Shown here piece after piece: positions 1 to 10,062 of a DNA stretch of 64,000 bases (positions are counted from its first letter, which is position 1; each line of letters begins with the position of its first letter). The notes beneath the pieces are model-generated. The model was not told where the DNA came from, did not search any database, and was given only the letters and a program-made list of their open reading frames with translations. Source of the DNA: Polyangiaceae bacterium (GTDB lineage: Bacteria; Myxococcota_A; Polyangia; Polyangiales; Polyangiaceae); NCBI GenBank assembly GCA_044376115.1, contig JBILLK010000008.1:96001-160000 (forward strand). The letters are read 5' to 3'. The position numbers were made by a program, and so were the translations under genes.

Positions 1-719
1 AGCACGGCGTGCTCCAGTTCGGCATCTCGCGCGAAACCATGCAGGACGGTGATGGCGTCGTCGGGGTGTTGGGCCACGAGGTCGCGCACGCCTACCGCGA
101 CCAACACGGGCTCGTGTTCTTCGACGCTGCGGAGGAAGAGCTCCAGACCGATCTGACCACCGTCTTCTTGGGCTTCGGCCTGCTCACGACCGATCTCACA
201 GACCAGTATCGGCGAAGACGCGACGGGGTCTTGCGAGTGCGCGGCGGCTACCTTTCGTCGGGCGCGATGAGCTACGCCCTCGCCGTCCAACTCGCCGCAC
301 GCGACGTTCCTCGCGCAGAGGTAAAGCGTCTCGCGCGATTGCTTGGGCCAGGCCAAGAGGCCTTCCTGCTCGAGGGCTATGCGGCTGTGTCTCGCGAGCG
401 CTCCACGATCCTTCCAATCCTTTATGGCAGTGCGCCGCAGACACCACGGGTACGCCCCAATGAGGGCCAGCCGGTGTTTCGCATCAAAGGCGGCTGGTTT
501 CGTAAACCACGTTGCGGCGGCGCCGGCTGCGACGCAGTGCTCTCCGCCGAGGCCATTGTCTGTACCGCCTGTGGTGGTGCTATTGCGGGAGAGGCACGCG
601 ATCGCGAGCAGGCGCTCGCAGCCGTGGAGGGCGCAGAGCTCGCCATGGCCAGCAACCTGCTCAAGGGCACACCGCTAGCCGGCATGAAGCGCGCAGCCAA
701 AGGCTCTCGCAAGCCCTGA
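1..719 (+). CDS. Partial (5' end probably outside window) HExxH metallopeptidase-like protein with C-terminal Cys4 zinc ribbon
   Basis: GHEVAH motif, downstream E..TDL, CxxxxC...CxxC near C-terminus. Confidence 0.55.
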   Translation, partial: HGVLQFGISRETMQDGDGVVGVLGHEVAHAYRDQHGLVFFDAAEEELQTDLTTVFLGFGLLTTDLTDQYRRRRDGVLRVRGGYLSSGAMSYALAVQLAARDVPRAEVKRLARLLGPGQEAFLLEGYAAVSRERSTILPILYGSAPQTPRVRPNEGQPVFRIKGGWFRKPRCGGAGCDAVLSAEAIVCTACGGAIAGEARDREQALAAVEGAELAMASNLLKGTPLAGMKRAAKGSRKP

Positions 720-762
720 GACGGCTCCCGGGACACCAAACCGAATGCCACGCGATAGGGCC

Positions 763-1179
763 TTAGCTGGTCGAACGAGGAAGCTTTACTTGATATTCAG
801 TCAGCCGTTCTGGGTAGGCGCGTAGCACCTCAAAGCCGTTCTCCAACACCAGTTGTCTACGTCCCGTGTGTGGCGACCAGCTCGTGGCGAGGGCGACCTC
901 CACGAGCAAACGCGCAACGCGGGGCGTGTGGAGATTCAGCGCCCAGGAAGGAGCACGATAGTCAATCACCTCGCCACTGTTACCGGGGTATCCCCCACCG
1001 TGCTCGGCCGTTTGGGGGAAGCGGAAGCGCACCGGCGCGCGGGGGTACCCCTCGAGGAAGGCGGAGAAGACTTCAACGCATTGCCGCCCTGTCGGCAAGG
1101 CAACGTGAACATGGTCCACCCGCCAGAAGTAAACTTGAGCATCGACTTTGAGCGTGCGCAGCTTGCGTTTGGCCATCAT
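763..1179 (-). CDS. Hypothetical protein (cassette-type cargo)
   Basis: 138-aa ORF with AGAGG RBS, protein-like composition. Confidence 0.6.
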   Translation of the reverse strand: MMAKRKLRTLKVDAQVYFWRVDHVHVALPTGRQCVEVFSAFLEGYPRAPVRFRFPQTAEHGGGYPGNSGEVIDYRAPSWALNLHTPRVARLLVEVALATSWSPHTGRRQLVLENGFEVLRAYPERLTEYQVKLPRSTS

Positions 1180-1223
1180 TCCTCTGCGTGGTCAAGCAAC
1201 GGCTGCGGACCCGATCATGGTGC

Positions 1224-1694
1224 TTACGCTGCAAGGCTTGCCACGAGCGCGTCCAACTGATCGAGCGTCTCGGGCATGCCGTCTGGGCTCCCCGAGGCCA
1301 CGGCCTCCTCAAGAGCCTCCTTTGACGGGTAGAGGTCATGCACCGTTAGCAACGTCTGCTCGCCACGCGGTTCAAAGGTTACCGTCGTGACCGGCCCCTC
1401 GCCCGCTCCCTCTTCATTAGTCCACACCAGGCGTGAGGGCGGCGTTACCTCGATATAGCGGCCGAAGAACTCCATCGGCGGGACCGCCTCAAACACAAGA
1501 CGGTATTTGCCGCCCGTGCGCGCGTCCAAGTCACAAGAAAGCAGAACCGCCCCGCACGACTTCGGCACCCACCAGCGAATGAACAGCTCCGACTTGGTCC
1601 ACGCCTCAAACACAAGATGCGCCGGGCCATTGATAACGCGGGTAACCACCAACTCACAATCGGACTTCCGCTCTGCTTTTGTCTGGCTCATCAT
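1224..1694 (-). CDS. SRPBCC/AHSA1 (START-like) family protein
   Basis: ELVVTRVINGPAHLVFEAWT...DARTGGKYR...PPSRLVWT pattern. Confidence 0.85.
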   Translation of the reverse strand: MMSQTKAERKSDCELVVTRVINGPAHLVFEAWTKSELFIRWWVPKSCGAVLLSCDLDARTGGKYRLVFEAVPPMEFFGRYIEVTPPSRLVWTNEEGAGEGPVTTVTFEPRGEQTLLTVHDLYPSKEALEEAVASGSPDGMPETLDQLDALVASLAA

Positions 1695-1721
1695 TGAATC
1701 ACTTTCTCTTAATTCGACCTG

Positions 1722-2810
1722 TTAGCCATCTGCGTGCAGGTACGCGAGCAACCTCGATAGGTTGGCGACCTCACCTTCAAGGAACGTTCGATCGAAGCCG
1801 TTCCATTCGTCTTCCTCTTCTGGGCACTGAAGCTCCGCCAGAGCCAGCGCACGGCGGCGCTCAATGAACCGCCCCAGCCGGCCGCGTTCCCCCGGAGGGA
1901 TAAGCTCCACAGTGGCTGGGGAGAGTAGCCTTTCAATGTGAGGCCATGCGCCCGACGCCCAGAAGTACCGATCGTCCGAACTGTCGAGGATACCCTCCAC
2001 CAGCCAAGGTAGAGCGGCGAGAGGGGCATCGCCGCGCGCTCTCTCCAGGACGGCGGAACGTACGATTGGCTCGCGGCAATCGAAGAGGAAGGCAAGCTCA
2101 TCCCACGAAAGCTCCAGCTGCTTGGGTACGACGGCGGTGAGATAACTCACTACCGCAAACTTGTTGTGGTCCTTCAGCGCGCTCAAGAAGCTAAGCGTCT
2201 CCAGGCGGTCCAAAGCCCGTACGACCTCGTCCAAATCCCTAACTTGCACCTTTCCCCTTACCCCTGCAAGCGCCGCAGCGGCCGCCCGGTCACGGGCTGC
2301 GCGCGCGATAAGGCACAACCAGGCCGCGCGCCGGACAGAAGCATCCGTATCCTTTGTAGCCGACCGCAATTCAACGGTATCGAGCTCAACACGTCCGCCC
2401 TGAACCTCCATCAGCACGGCGAGACGGACCTCGCTCGTATTGTCTCGTAGGCAGGCGCGAACAAACGAGTACAGCTCATGGTTATGCGGACGCTCGGCCG
2501 TCCTTATTGTGTAGGCCACAGCGACGGCGCGCACCGCAGGTGCAGCATCATGGCTCGCAATGTCCCTAACTACCGCGCGCTCACCCAACCCCGAAAGAAC
2601 GACCACAAGTTGTTGCCGTAACCCTTCCGGTACCTCCGAGCGCGCTACATCTCGAATGCTGCCTACGGCAGAGCCACCCCGGCGCAACGCCAATACCCAG
2701 GCCGCACGCAGACGGTCCGGAGCCTCTGCGGACTGCAAGATTGCCCGCAACTCATCGTCCGCCAGGTCCACAAGGTCGAGGAGAGTAGGCATGGTTGAGA
2801 TCCCGCTCAC
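1722..2810 (-). CDS. HEAT-repeat protein
   Basis: Repeated D...VR.AA/VRLAV helical motifs; GTG start overlaps stop of upstream gene. Confidence 0.6.
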   Translation of the reverse strand: MSGISTMPTLLDLVDLADDELRAILQSAEAPDRLRAAWVLALRRGGSAVGSIRDVARSEVPEGLRQQLVVVLSGLGERAVVRDIASHDAAPAVRAVAVAYTIRTAERPHNHELYSFVRACLRDNTSEVRLAVLMEVQGGRVELDTVELRSATKDTDASVRRAAWLCLIARAARDRAAAAALAGVRGKVQVRDLDEVVRALDRLETLSFLSALKDHNKFAVVSYLTAVVPKQLELSWDELAFLFDCREPIVRSAVLERARGDAPLAALPWLVEGILDSSDDRYFWASGAWPHIERLLSPATVELIPPGERGRLGRFIERRRALALAELQCPEEEDEWNGFDRTFLEGEVANLSRLLAYLHADG

Positions 2811-4171
2811 CGGCCGAGACTCCCAAGCGCAGTCTCTACCAGGATACGCGCATCCACCATCATCGGGTCTTCCAGCGCAGGGCGTACGACGGGCTCGGCT
2901 CGTGCGTCCCCAAGCAGCCCAAGCCGGTAAATCGCATGGCGCCGAACGCGAACGTCGTAAGGTGCCGCCGCGAGCTTGAGTAGGACAGTGAAAGCCTCTT
3001 CCGCATGGGGGTTGCGAGTATCGCCCGCGACTTTCGCCAATCGCTCGGTGGCCGTACCGGGATCAACAGCTATGAGCTCATACGCTTTGGAGACGACGGT
3101 CCTATCCACCGGCGCGCCCGGGTGGTCGATGAGCGCTGGATGTTCGCTCCCCAATCGCGCACACGCCTCCTCGTAGGGTAAGCGTCGGGCCGCCGCTGTA
3201 ACGGAGTGCAGGGCAATCGCCGCCGCGCGCTCAAGCACAAGCTGCGGTCCCTCGTCCACCGCGGCCAGCAACACCTCCACCGCCGCTGGCCACAAGTCCT
3301 CGAAGCGTGCCGAATCGAGGAAGCCCAACGCGATAGCGCGCGCTAGCTCGGAAGGCAGGTTCTCCGCGCTTCGCGGTAGCCAGCCATTGATGATCGCGGA
3401 CCGCTCGAACTGCGATACAGCGGCTGCGGCCAGCTCTTCAGCGAACGCGTGAATGAGCCGATTCACACGCTCAACGCCGACGCTAGCGGAGAGCCGTGCA
3501 TGCCCAACGCGCGCAACTGCCGCGACCGCCTCAACGGCAGCGATCTCGCCCAGGGCCCAGCGCTCCACCAAAAACACATACGCCTCCTGCTTGAGGGTAC
3601 GACGCAGGTGCTCGGCAAGCTCCGCCCGCACGCCAGCGAGCGAAGGCGAAGCGAATAGGCTCTTTAGAAACTGTACGAGCAGCGCTTCGTAACGAGCAGC
3701 GCTCGTCGTTGCAGCACTGGAGTCCTTTGGACCGTCAATGATTGGATTGGGCACCGGCCCCGCGAGGAACCCAAGCTTACGAAGCTCGGCCTCCGCTACA
3801 GCGGTATCAAGGTCTGGCAGCCGCTCGAGATAGTCGCCGAGCAAAGCCGCAAACGCACTGAGGTGGAGCGCGTCCGGCTCGAACCCTTCCTCGCGGAATA
3901 GAACGCGTGCGGTCTCCGCATCAGCCACGTGGTGCAAACAAAGGCGCAGCGTCTTCTTGCGACGGGCATACGCTGGGTCCAACGCAAGCCGCCTCACCTC
4001 TGCCAGCGCCAGCTCCGCATCGCGAAACGAAAGCTCATAAGCGATCGTCAAGAGCGCATTCGGCGGAGCGCCTTCACGCAGCTTGCGAAGGAGCGTCTCC
4101 GTCTTGTAGTGCAGGAGCGCCGAGTGGTAGCAGTACCCGCGGCGAACCGGTTCACTCCACGGATCACCCAT
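2807..4171 (-). CDS. HEAT-repeat/alpha-helical protein (start likely ATG at 4171)
   Basis: C-terminal VRRHAIYRLGLLGDARA HEAT/PBS-like motif; longer N-terminus overlaps neighbouring gene. Confidence 0.55.
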   Translation of the reverse strand: MGDPWSEPVRRGYCYHSALLHYKTETLLRKLREGAPPNALLTIAYELSFRDAELALAEVRRLALDPAYARRKKTLRLCLHHVADAETARVLFREEGFEPDALHLSAFAALLGDYLERLPDLDTAVAEAELRKLGFLAGPVPNPIIDGPKDSSAATTSAARYEALLVQFLKSLFASPSLAGVRAELAEHLRRTLKQEAYVFLVERWALGEIAAVEAVAAVARVGHARLSASVGVERVNRLIHAFAEELAAAAVSQFERSAIINGWLPRSAENLPSELARAIALGFLDSARFEDLWPAAVEVLLAAVDEGPQLVLERAAAIALHSVTAAARRLPYEEACARLGSEHPALIDHPGAPVDRTVVSKAYELIAVDPGTATERLAKVAGDTRNPHAEEAFTVLLKLAAAPYDVRVRRHAIYRLGLLGDARAEPVVRPALEDPMMVDARILVETALGSLGR

Positions 4172-4490
4172 TGGGCAGGAAGAAGAAGCTGAACCCAGCA
4201 TCTCGCAGCCCCTCGAACGAGCGCACCATTTCGTTGCCAAACATCTCGCGCAATAGCTCGAGGTCGGCGCGCGCTGGGTCCAACTCATGCTGGTTAAAAT
4301 CCCAAGGGTCCACACCGAACGCCCCGGCCAGCTGGCGGCTCTCACTCGAGCCGCTCTCCACGAAGAACACATTCTCAGCGATGCGCACGCCGTCACGCGT
4401 ATTCACGTAATAATCCTTGGGGTATTGCAGGTACGGAATGAGTGAACGGTGAAACGTCCCAATCGCGATCACCTCAGCGTTCATGCCCAT
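4164..4490 (-). CDS. Hypothetical protein
   Basis: 108-aa ORF, protein-like composition, ends FFFLPNG. Confidence 0.6.
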   Translation of the reverse strand: MGMNAEVIAIGTFHRSLIPYLQYPKDYYVNTRDGVRIAENVFFVESGSSESRQLAGAFGVDPWDFNQHELDPARADLELLREMFGNEMVRSFEGLRDAGFSFFFLPNG

Positions 4491-4533
4491 GGTACGTCCA
4501 TCGATAGCAGAGCCAGGCGCGGAACAAAGCTGC

Positions 4534-5151
4534 TCAGAGAGACCGTTCCTTCGGCCGCTCAGTGATAGCGAGTCGTTCCTCGGGGTCGGGGTACCTCACG
4601 GGAATGAGGTCGAGCGAGAACGTCACGTTTGGGTGCTCCTCCAACGGCGTGTCCATTAAGCCGCGGGCAATAACCTCCGCTAGGGCCAGCTTGAGATAGC
4701 GGCGCATCAAGATTACGCTGGGGAACGACTTCTTGGCGGCGTACCACTCAAGAAGATCGCGATCGTTCTTAGCGCTGTTGCAGGACCGGCAGCTCCAAAC
4801 GAGATTGTCCCCCGACTCGAGCCCGCCCTTGCTCTTCGGAATCAAGTGGTCACCGTGGAGCTTAGGCGGGGGCTTTACTCCGCAGTAGCTGCATTGATCC
4901 GTTGGCGCGACGAGCAAATCCGCAAAGAGTGTACCGACGTTCATTGTTTGCTGGCGAAGGCCCTTGAATAGCTTCGCACGTACCATCCAACAAACCCGGT
5001 CGCGCTTAGCAAGCCCGCGCCTCAGCGCGACGTCGAGCGAAGCGAGATTGGCGTAAGACCAATGCAGAAGTTCGCCGATAGTTTCGACTCTCCTAGCGGC
5101 ACGACTATGCATGAGTGCGGCATTGCGCGGCTCGAGTGACATTGCTTCCAA
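4534..5151 (-). CDS. HNH endonuclease
   Basis: CSYCG...DHLIPKSKGG...NLVWSCRSCNSAK motif. Confidence 0.85.
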   Translation of the reverse strand: MEAMSLEPRNAALMHSRAARRVETIGELLHWSYANLASLDVALRRGLAKRDRVCWMVRAKLFKGLRQQTMNVGTLFADLLVAPTDQCSYCGVKPPPKLHGDHLIPKSKGGLESGDNLVWSCRSCNSAKNDRDLLEWYAAKKSFPSVILMRRYLKLALAEVIARGLMDTPLEEHPNVTFSLDLIPVRYPDPEERLAITERPKERSL

Positions 5152-5221
5152 GGCCTACCATACGCGTGACGAGGCGAGCGAACGTCTATGTGTACTCCCT
5201 GCGCCCCAGTGTGCCCCAGGT

Positions 5222-5560
5222 CTAGGGTTCGACGATGAAGCTGCGTGGCAAAGGCTGCACGGGCTCCCCGTCGACGACGACCTCGGTCCAGTATTGCCTA
5301 TCGTCGGACTCGTGGTCTTCAACCAATCGGAAGCTGGAGGACGGGGAACGGGTCAGCGGGTCCGGCAGCTGCAAGACCCGCGAATCCGGCGCAAAGCCAT
5401 GCTTGCAACATAACAGCAGACAGCCAATGGCATGGTCCAGCTCGAGCTTCAGTGCCAGCGCGTCGCGGTTACCTCCCTTGAGCTCCGCCACGACCTGGCT
5501 TCGCCATTCCTCGAGACGAGCGAACACTGCGGTTAAGTTTTTATCGACCATGGGCGCCAC
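5222..5560 (-). CDS. Hypothetical protein
   Basis: 112-aa ORF co-directional with the run. Confidence 0.5.
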   Translation of the reverse strand: MAPMVDKNLTAVFARLEEWRSQVVAELKGGNRDALALKLELDHAIGCLLLCCKHGFAPDSRVLQLPDPLTRSPSSSFRLVEDHESDDRQYWTEVVVDGEPVQPLPRSFIVEP

Positions 5561-5611
5561 ACTCTAGGTCAGCCGGGATCGTCGAACACCAGGTTGTCTA
5601 CGTTGCACCAC

Positions 5612-5968
5612 TCAACCGAACTGCTCACGCGCCGCAGCCTCGTATCTTGTAAACGTATCGACGATCACAGTGCGCCGCTCGCGGGCGAACTCACCGTCGG
5701 GATCGAGTTCAGGCATCTCCTCATCGAAGATGGCGAGCGCCTTATCGCGTAAGCGAATAGCAAAGTCGACCTCGGGAGCACCTGCGCCACAGTGCTCATC
5801 AAGCACCAGGTGGATCGCCACCGCAGCCATGACTCGCTCCAAGTCTTCAACCCCGACGTCATCACTATCAAGGAAAGCCGTTAGCTCGCTCTCCGCAACA
5901 GCCCGCGTTTTCGCGACGAGGTCCAACGCTGCGTCGCTTTCAAAGTTGCCTGCACCAAAGGTTCCCAT
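5612..5968 (-). CDS. DUF4259-like protein
   Basis: N-terminal MGTFGAGNFESDAALD resembles the MG.WG.G.F..D.A.D signature. Confidence 0.65.
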   Translation of the reverse strand: MGTFGAGNFESDAALDLVAKTRAVAESELTAFLDSDDVGVEDLERVMAAVAIHLVLDEHCGAGAPEVDFAIRLRDKALAIFDEEMPELDPDGEFARERRTVIVDTFTRYEAAAREQFG

Positions 5969-5994
5969 GAGCCGCCGAGGGTAGCGGGGGTTTG

Positions 5995-6022
5995 TGCAAA
6001 CCACCATAGGGAGGCTGATTGT
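5995..6022 (-). other. Internally deleted attC remnant
   Basis: CACCATAGGGAGGCTGATTGT resembles CACCAGAGGGAGC...TGATTGT of the attC at 28246-28333. Confidence 0.45.
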
Positions 6023-6025
6023 GGA

Positions 6026-6817
6026 CTAGAGCGCAAACGGCTTTTGCTCTACGATCGGCTTGAGCAATAGGGTACGACCTGGACCACCAGGACGCGCAGA
6101 CTCCACCTCGCACACCGAGCGAACGACATCGTGGTCGCGAGAGTTGAGCCGCAGCGACCACAGCGCTGCGCCCTTGATACTAAGGTTGAGTAAATCGGCC
6201 TGCGGCAAAGAACAAGGCAGCAACTTGAAGATCGGCACCTTCTGCTCTGCGAGAGCAAAGCACAAGCAGTCGAGGTCCCCCTCGCTGACGATGGACCGCG
6301 TCTTTAAATCCATAACCAAGCCAGCCTTTCGCAGCGTCTCGACCTGATCGGCGCGCTTGCCTCCGCTGAACCAGGACCGTTCATGCAACCAAGCGCTCAG
6401 CAGGCGGCGCATACCGTCCGCCGCATCCAGCGTACGCACAATGCGAAGCACGGGCTCGCTGTTCCCCGTCACGAAGAACTCGGCCCAAAGCAGATCGAGG
6501 CTCTGTGGCCCGGCGATGGTCTGCGTTAGCGCGTTTGGGAATGTAGCGTCCTCAGCTGCGCCCAGGATCTTCTCAACCAGTTCCGCCGCGCGACCCGCCA
6601 ATGGAGCCCGCTGCGCAACGATCTCACGCCGCGCATCCGGCGAAGACTGAGCGATGCGGCAGAACATATACATAACGTTCGCCAGTCGATCATCCATGGG
6701 CCAGCCAGCTTCCGCCAACATCTGCAGGAGGCATTGCAGCGCCGTCCCCACAGCGCCGACTGGCACTCCGCGATAGTACGCGGAGGTTACAATTGAAAAA
6801 GCGCGTTCGGGCTCCAC
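6026..6817 (-). CDS. Hypothetical protein
   Basis: 263-aa ORF; GTTAGGC (6831-6825) sits 7 nt before the GTG start, typical cassette boundary. Confidence 0.65.
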   Translation of the reverse strand: MEPERAFSIVTSAYYRGVPVGAVGTALQCLLQMLAEAGWPMDDRLANVMYMFCRIAQSSPDARREIVAQRAPLAGRAAELVEKILGAAEDATFPNALTQTIAGPQSLDLLWAEFFVTGNSEPVLRIVRTLDAADGMRRLLSAWLHERSWFSGGKRADQVETLRKAGLVMDLKTRSIVSEGDLDCLCFALAEQKVPIFKLLPCSLPQADLLNLSIKGAALWSLRLNSRDHDVVRSVCEVESARPGGPGRTLLLKPIVEQKPFAL

Positions 6818-6873
6818 GGATCGAGCCTAACGCGAGATGCCAGAGCATGGGCCCCATAAGCTTGCAGCACACG

Positions 6874-7413
6874 TCAGATGCCACTGTCGGGACGCGCCCG
6901 CAGCCGACTCAACTCGCGAACGATAAAGTAGCGTGCCTCATCGATCGACATGTAGCTCGCATCGAAGGGCTCGACACCGAAGTCCTCGGAGACGAAGAAC
7001 GTGTCAGGGCCGTCTTCATAATCCCAGTCGGGAATCTCGGTCGCGTTGCGCTCCGCACCGAGGCTCCAGGACTCATGCCGCGCTCGGAAGTACCAGCGCC
7101 ACGCGCCAGCAGCACCCCACGCCTGGGTGGGCGCGCCATACTCGAGCTGCTCGATTGTGATCCACGATGGCACTTCGTTTTCAGCGAGCGTCGGATTGGG
7201 CGGTAGCGCTGGAAGAAGCTCCGCGAGTGCGGCCGCGTATTGGGGCAACACCAGGCCGAACTTTGACTCGAGATTGTCGAGCACCCGACTCTGCCAGAAC
7301 GCTACGAGCCCATCCGCTCTGGCGCGGTAGAGCTGGCGCACAAACCGAATGTATCGACGTTCGCCAAGCTCATCCTTAAGAATGGCGGCGAGTTCTTCAC
7401 GAGAGGGCATCAC
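6874..7413 (-). CDS. Hypothetical protein
   Basis: 179-aa ORF, WYFRARHESWSL motif, start overlaps upstream stop. Confidence 0.6.
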   Translation of the reverse strand: MMPSREELAAILKDELGERRYIRFVRQLYRARADGLVAFWQSRVLDNLESKFGLVLPQYAAALAELLPALPPNPTLAENEVPSWITIEQLEYGAPTQAWGAAGAWRWYFRARHESWSLGAERNATEIPDWDYEDGPDTFFVSEDFGVEPFDASYMSIDEARYFIVRELSRLRARPDSGI

Positions 7414-7826
7414 GAGGCAGCTCCTCCAACCGAGAGGCCCACCGGAAGCTTAGTCGCAGCGTCGATCTCGCCCTGAAAGCGAGGCCCGGGGAAAGCTTCG
7501 ATCACGACGATGGGACCGACAATATGTTGGTTAAACTCGGGGAGTTCTTCGGAGGGTACCCAAAGCTCTTCATGGGAACGGGCGCCAGCAACCTGGACTG
7601 GGTACCGGCGTGCGAAGTCCGGCTCGAGTTCGAACCGCGTGACAAACCCAACGAATCCCGAGAACGGGTCGCTGCTGTTCCAGTCGCGGGCGATCGTGCG
7701 GGCGTACTCGTGTGTGAGCACTGGATAGAAGATCGGCTGATCGGGCAGCCGCGGGGGCCACGCTCTCCAACTCAAAGCAGCTACAAGCTCAAGCTCACGA
7801 AGACCCGTGGGTCGAAAGAGAATCAT
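7410..7826 (-). CDS. 'ADP-ribosylation/crystallin J1'-annotated family small protein
   Basis: LFRPTG..EL.L.....W.AWPPRLPDQPIFYPVL...YA..IARDWN...H.ELWVP.EEL.EFN..IVG.I signature. Confidence 0.75.
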   Translation of the reverse strand: MILFRPTGLRELELVAALSWRAWPPRLPDQPIFYPVLTHEYARTIARDWNSSDPFSGFVGFVTRFELEPDFARRYPVQVAGARSHEELWVPSEELPEFNQHIVGPIVVIEAFPGPRFQGEIDAATKLPVGLSVGGAAS

Positions 7827-7833
7827 TACGCGC

Positions 7834-8484
7834 TCACCAGCTCGCAAAGTCCCACGGGTCCAAGCCGAGAGCGCTCACCGTGGCCGCATCCTTCGGCCGA
7901 AAGACCGACTCCGATGGGGTCTGCAGCAGGTCGTAGGGGGATACCACGTGGGCTCGCTCCCGAGCGACAACCTCTGTGATGTCCTGAACCTGCAGCAGGG
8001 CCGGCCGGGCGAACTCAGCGAGGGTGGGCCCGCGCATACCAAGCTGGATTGCGCGCCGCGCGACAGGATTGCCGCTGGGACCGTGGTCGGGATCCCACTG
8101 TAGCCTGACGTCGGAAAGCCGCACGGCGTCCTGCCAAGCTCGCTCCGAGGGCCACACATCCGCCGAGAACGTTGAAGGCACCGCGGCCTGCAGCAGACGC
8201 TCAAAGAACGAGCGACGAAGTCGCAGCGCAAGCACCCGCTCCTGATCCAACTTTGTGGCCCAACCGCAGCGGAACATCATCCAAAGAAAGTTCGGCTTGA
8301 TCCAACTCATACGGTTCAGACTAAAGCTCGGCCCAAACCGTTGAAGCGCAACAGCCTCCTCGGCGATAGCGGGCCGAAACGCCTGATAGACGATTACAGA
8401 CTCTGCATCGAACTGCGCGAGGATGTGGCGTCCAGCCGTGGGCCATTCCGCCTTTTGGGTGATGTAGGGCTTGAAGCTGAGCAT
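7834..8484 (-). CDS. DUF4291 family protein
   Basis: VYQAF.P.IA, RMSWIKPNFLWMMFRCGWATK..QERVL, VRLQWDPDH motifs. Confidence 0.85.
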   Translation of the reverse strand: MLSFKPYITQKAEWPTAGRHILAQFDAESVIVYQAFRPAIAEEAVALQRFGPSFSLNRMSWIKPNFLWMMFRCGWATKLDQERVLALRLRRSFFERLLQAAVPSTFSADVWPSERAWQDAVRLSDVRLQWDPDHGPSGNPVARRAIQLGMRGPTLAEFARPALLQVQDITEVVARERAHVVSPYDLLQTPSESVFRPKDAATVSALGLDPWDFASW

Positions 8485-8521
8485 GGTTCCATGGACGCAA
8501 CAGCGTGGTAGCGCCTGACGA

Positions 8522-9472
8522 TCAGGGGGAGAGTCTACCCTTTATGCCTCGAGCGGAGAACCTCGAGCCCAACAGGCTGCGGCCCATGCGATCGAGCGAC
8601 TCGCGTGCGGCGACCCACTCGTGCGGGATGGTCACGCTAGTAGCGGCCGCGAGAATTCCGCCGACGATGGCGCAGGTCGTGTCCCGATCACCAAGCCCCG
8701 AGACGGTTGCCCACATCGCCTCGGTGAAGTCGCCAAGGTGCCGCGCGGCGCACCAGATGGAGAACGGCACGGTGTCTTGGGAGATGACCTGCGTGCCGTT
8801 GCCCAGCGCGTTCACCGCCGTTCGAACATCATAATCGAGCGGGAGCTCGGCCGCCTGGGCGAGCACTGCGCGCGTTGCACCGTCTGGCGTCCGAGCCAAC
8901 ACCGACTGAAACAGCTCCGCAGGCTGCAGACCGCCGGCGGCCACGTACGCCGCAGCAAGGGCGACAGCAATCGCCCCCGCCTGCCCTTCGGGATGCGCAT
9001 GCGTCACTTCGGCAGAGCGGCGCGCCTCAATCACGACCCGCTCCACGTCGTCGAAGAAGAACGCTCCAATCGGCGCCGACCGCATCCCGCCGCCATTGCC
9101 CATCGAACCGCCCCCATCGAACACGCTTGGAGCAACCTCCTGCCACGGTTCACCGGCCGATATGCGAGTAAGAATGCCGTGGGCCGTCCCACCATATCCC
9201 CGTCCAGGATCCAGCCGATAACGCGCAGCGAAGAAGTCAGCGAGCCTATCTCGGTCGATCTCGCCACAATCCGCAAGCACGTCAACCACCGACAGAGCCA
9301 TAACGGTGTCATCCGTGTACTGCCACGGCCCGCTCGCGAGCGCCCGCAACTCAATCAGCCGCTCAACCATATGGGGCGAGGTGAAGAAGCGCTCGCCAAA
9401 CGCATCCCCCACCGACAGCCCTTCAAGGGATTGCCGTGCTCGCGCGATGCGCTGTTGCAAATCGAGGTTCAT
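8522..9472 (-). CDS. ADP-ribosylglycohydrolase (ARH/DraG family)
   Basis: GLSVGDAFG, YTDDT, S.GNGGGMR, THAHP, GDRDTT motifs. Confidence 0.92.
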   Translation of the reverse strand: MNLDLQQRIARARQSLEGLSVGDAFGERFFTSPHMVERLIELRALASGPWQYTDDTVMALSVVDVLADCGEIDRDRLADFFAARYRLDPGRGYGGTAHGILTRISAGEPWQEVAPSVFDGGGSMGNGGGMRSAPIGAFFFDDVERVVIEARRSAEVTHAHPEGQAGAIAVALAAAYVAAGGLQPAELFQSVLARTPDGATRAVLAQAAELPLDYDVRTAVNALGNGTQVISQDTVPFSIWCAARHLGDFTEAMWATVSGLGDRDTTCAIVGGILAAATSVTIPHEWVAARESLDRMGRSLLGSRFSARGIKGRLSP

Positions 9473-9483
9473 AGGAGGTCCAG

Positions 9484-9552
9484 CCGCAACGGTATAGTCA
9501 TTATGCGGTAGGCGCCATAGGGAGGCAGGGGAGCGGGCGGCTCTCGTTAGCT
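9484..9552 (-). other. Degenerate attC remnant
   Basis: CCGCAAC...TTATGCGGTAGGCGCCATAGGGAG...GTTAGCT versus intact GCCCAAC...TTCTGCGGCAAGCGCCAGAGGGAG...GTTAGGC; one arm missing. Confidence 0.55.
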
Positions 9553-10062
9553 AGTCTTCCAATCCAAGTAAGCGAGCGCCATCTCCCTTGCTGCGTCGGC
9601 CGGAGCAACACCGCCGACGAGCGTGGTCAGGCCTGGCGAATAGAGCGTAGGTCCAAGCTCAGGCGAGCGCTTCATGAGTCGTAACGCCGCCCGAAGCGCC
9701 CGATAGGCGTTTTCAGGCGGGACGTGCTCCGGCGAGATCATCGTCGGCGCGAGCACGACGTGCGTTATGCGATGGTGCCCCGTTGGCACCGCGACCGCCG
9801 CGCCAACGGGCAGATGCCCTTCAGGCTGCGAGAGCACCGCATCGCGAACGCGCTTGGCAAACGCTGGACCGAAGAACGACGAGTACCAACGATCAATGCC
9901 GCCATCCATGAAGCCTTGGCTATTGGCTGGTGAAAGCGCAACGCCATAAGCCAGCTCAAGCAGGTCACCGTGTTGCACGGTCACTTCGGGATACGTAGCG
10001 AAGGCCGCACGAAGGGCGGCTGCCACGTCGGCGTTGATGTCCACGAGGTGAAGTATGGTCAT
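9547..10062 (-). CDS. Macrodomain (Appr-1''-p processing) protein
   Basis: GDLL...SPANSQGFMDGGID, APTM, PGL.T.VGG motifs. Confidence 0.88.
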   Translation of the reverse strand: MTILHLVDINADVAAALRAAFATYPEVTVQHGDLLELAYGVALSPANSQGFMDGGIDRWYSSFFGPAFAKRVRDAVLSQPEGHLPVGAAVAVPTGHHRITHVVLAPTMISPEHVPPENAYRALRAALRLMKRSPELGPTLYSPGLTTLVGGVAPADAAREMALAYLDWKTS

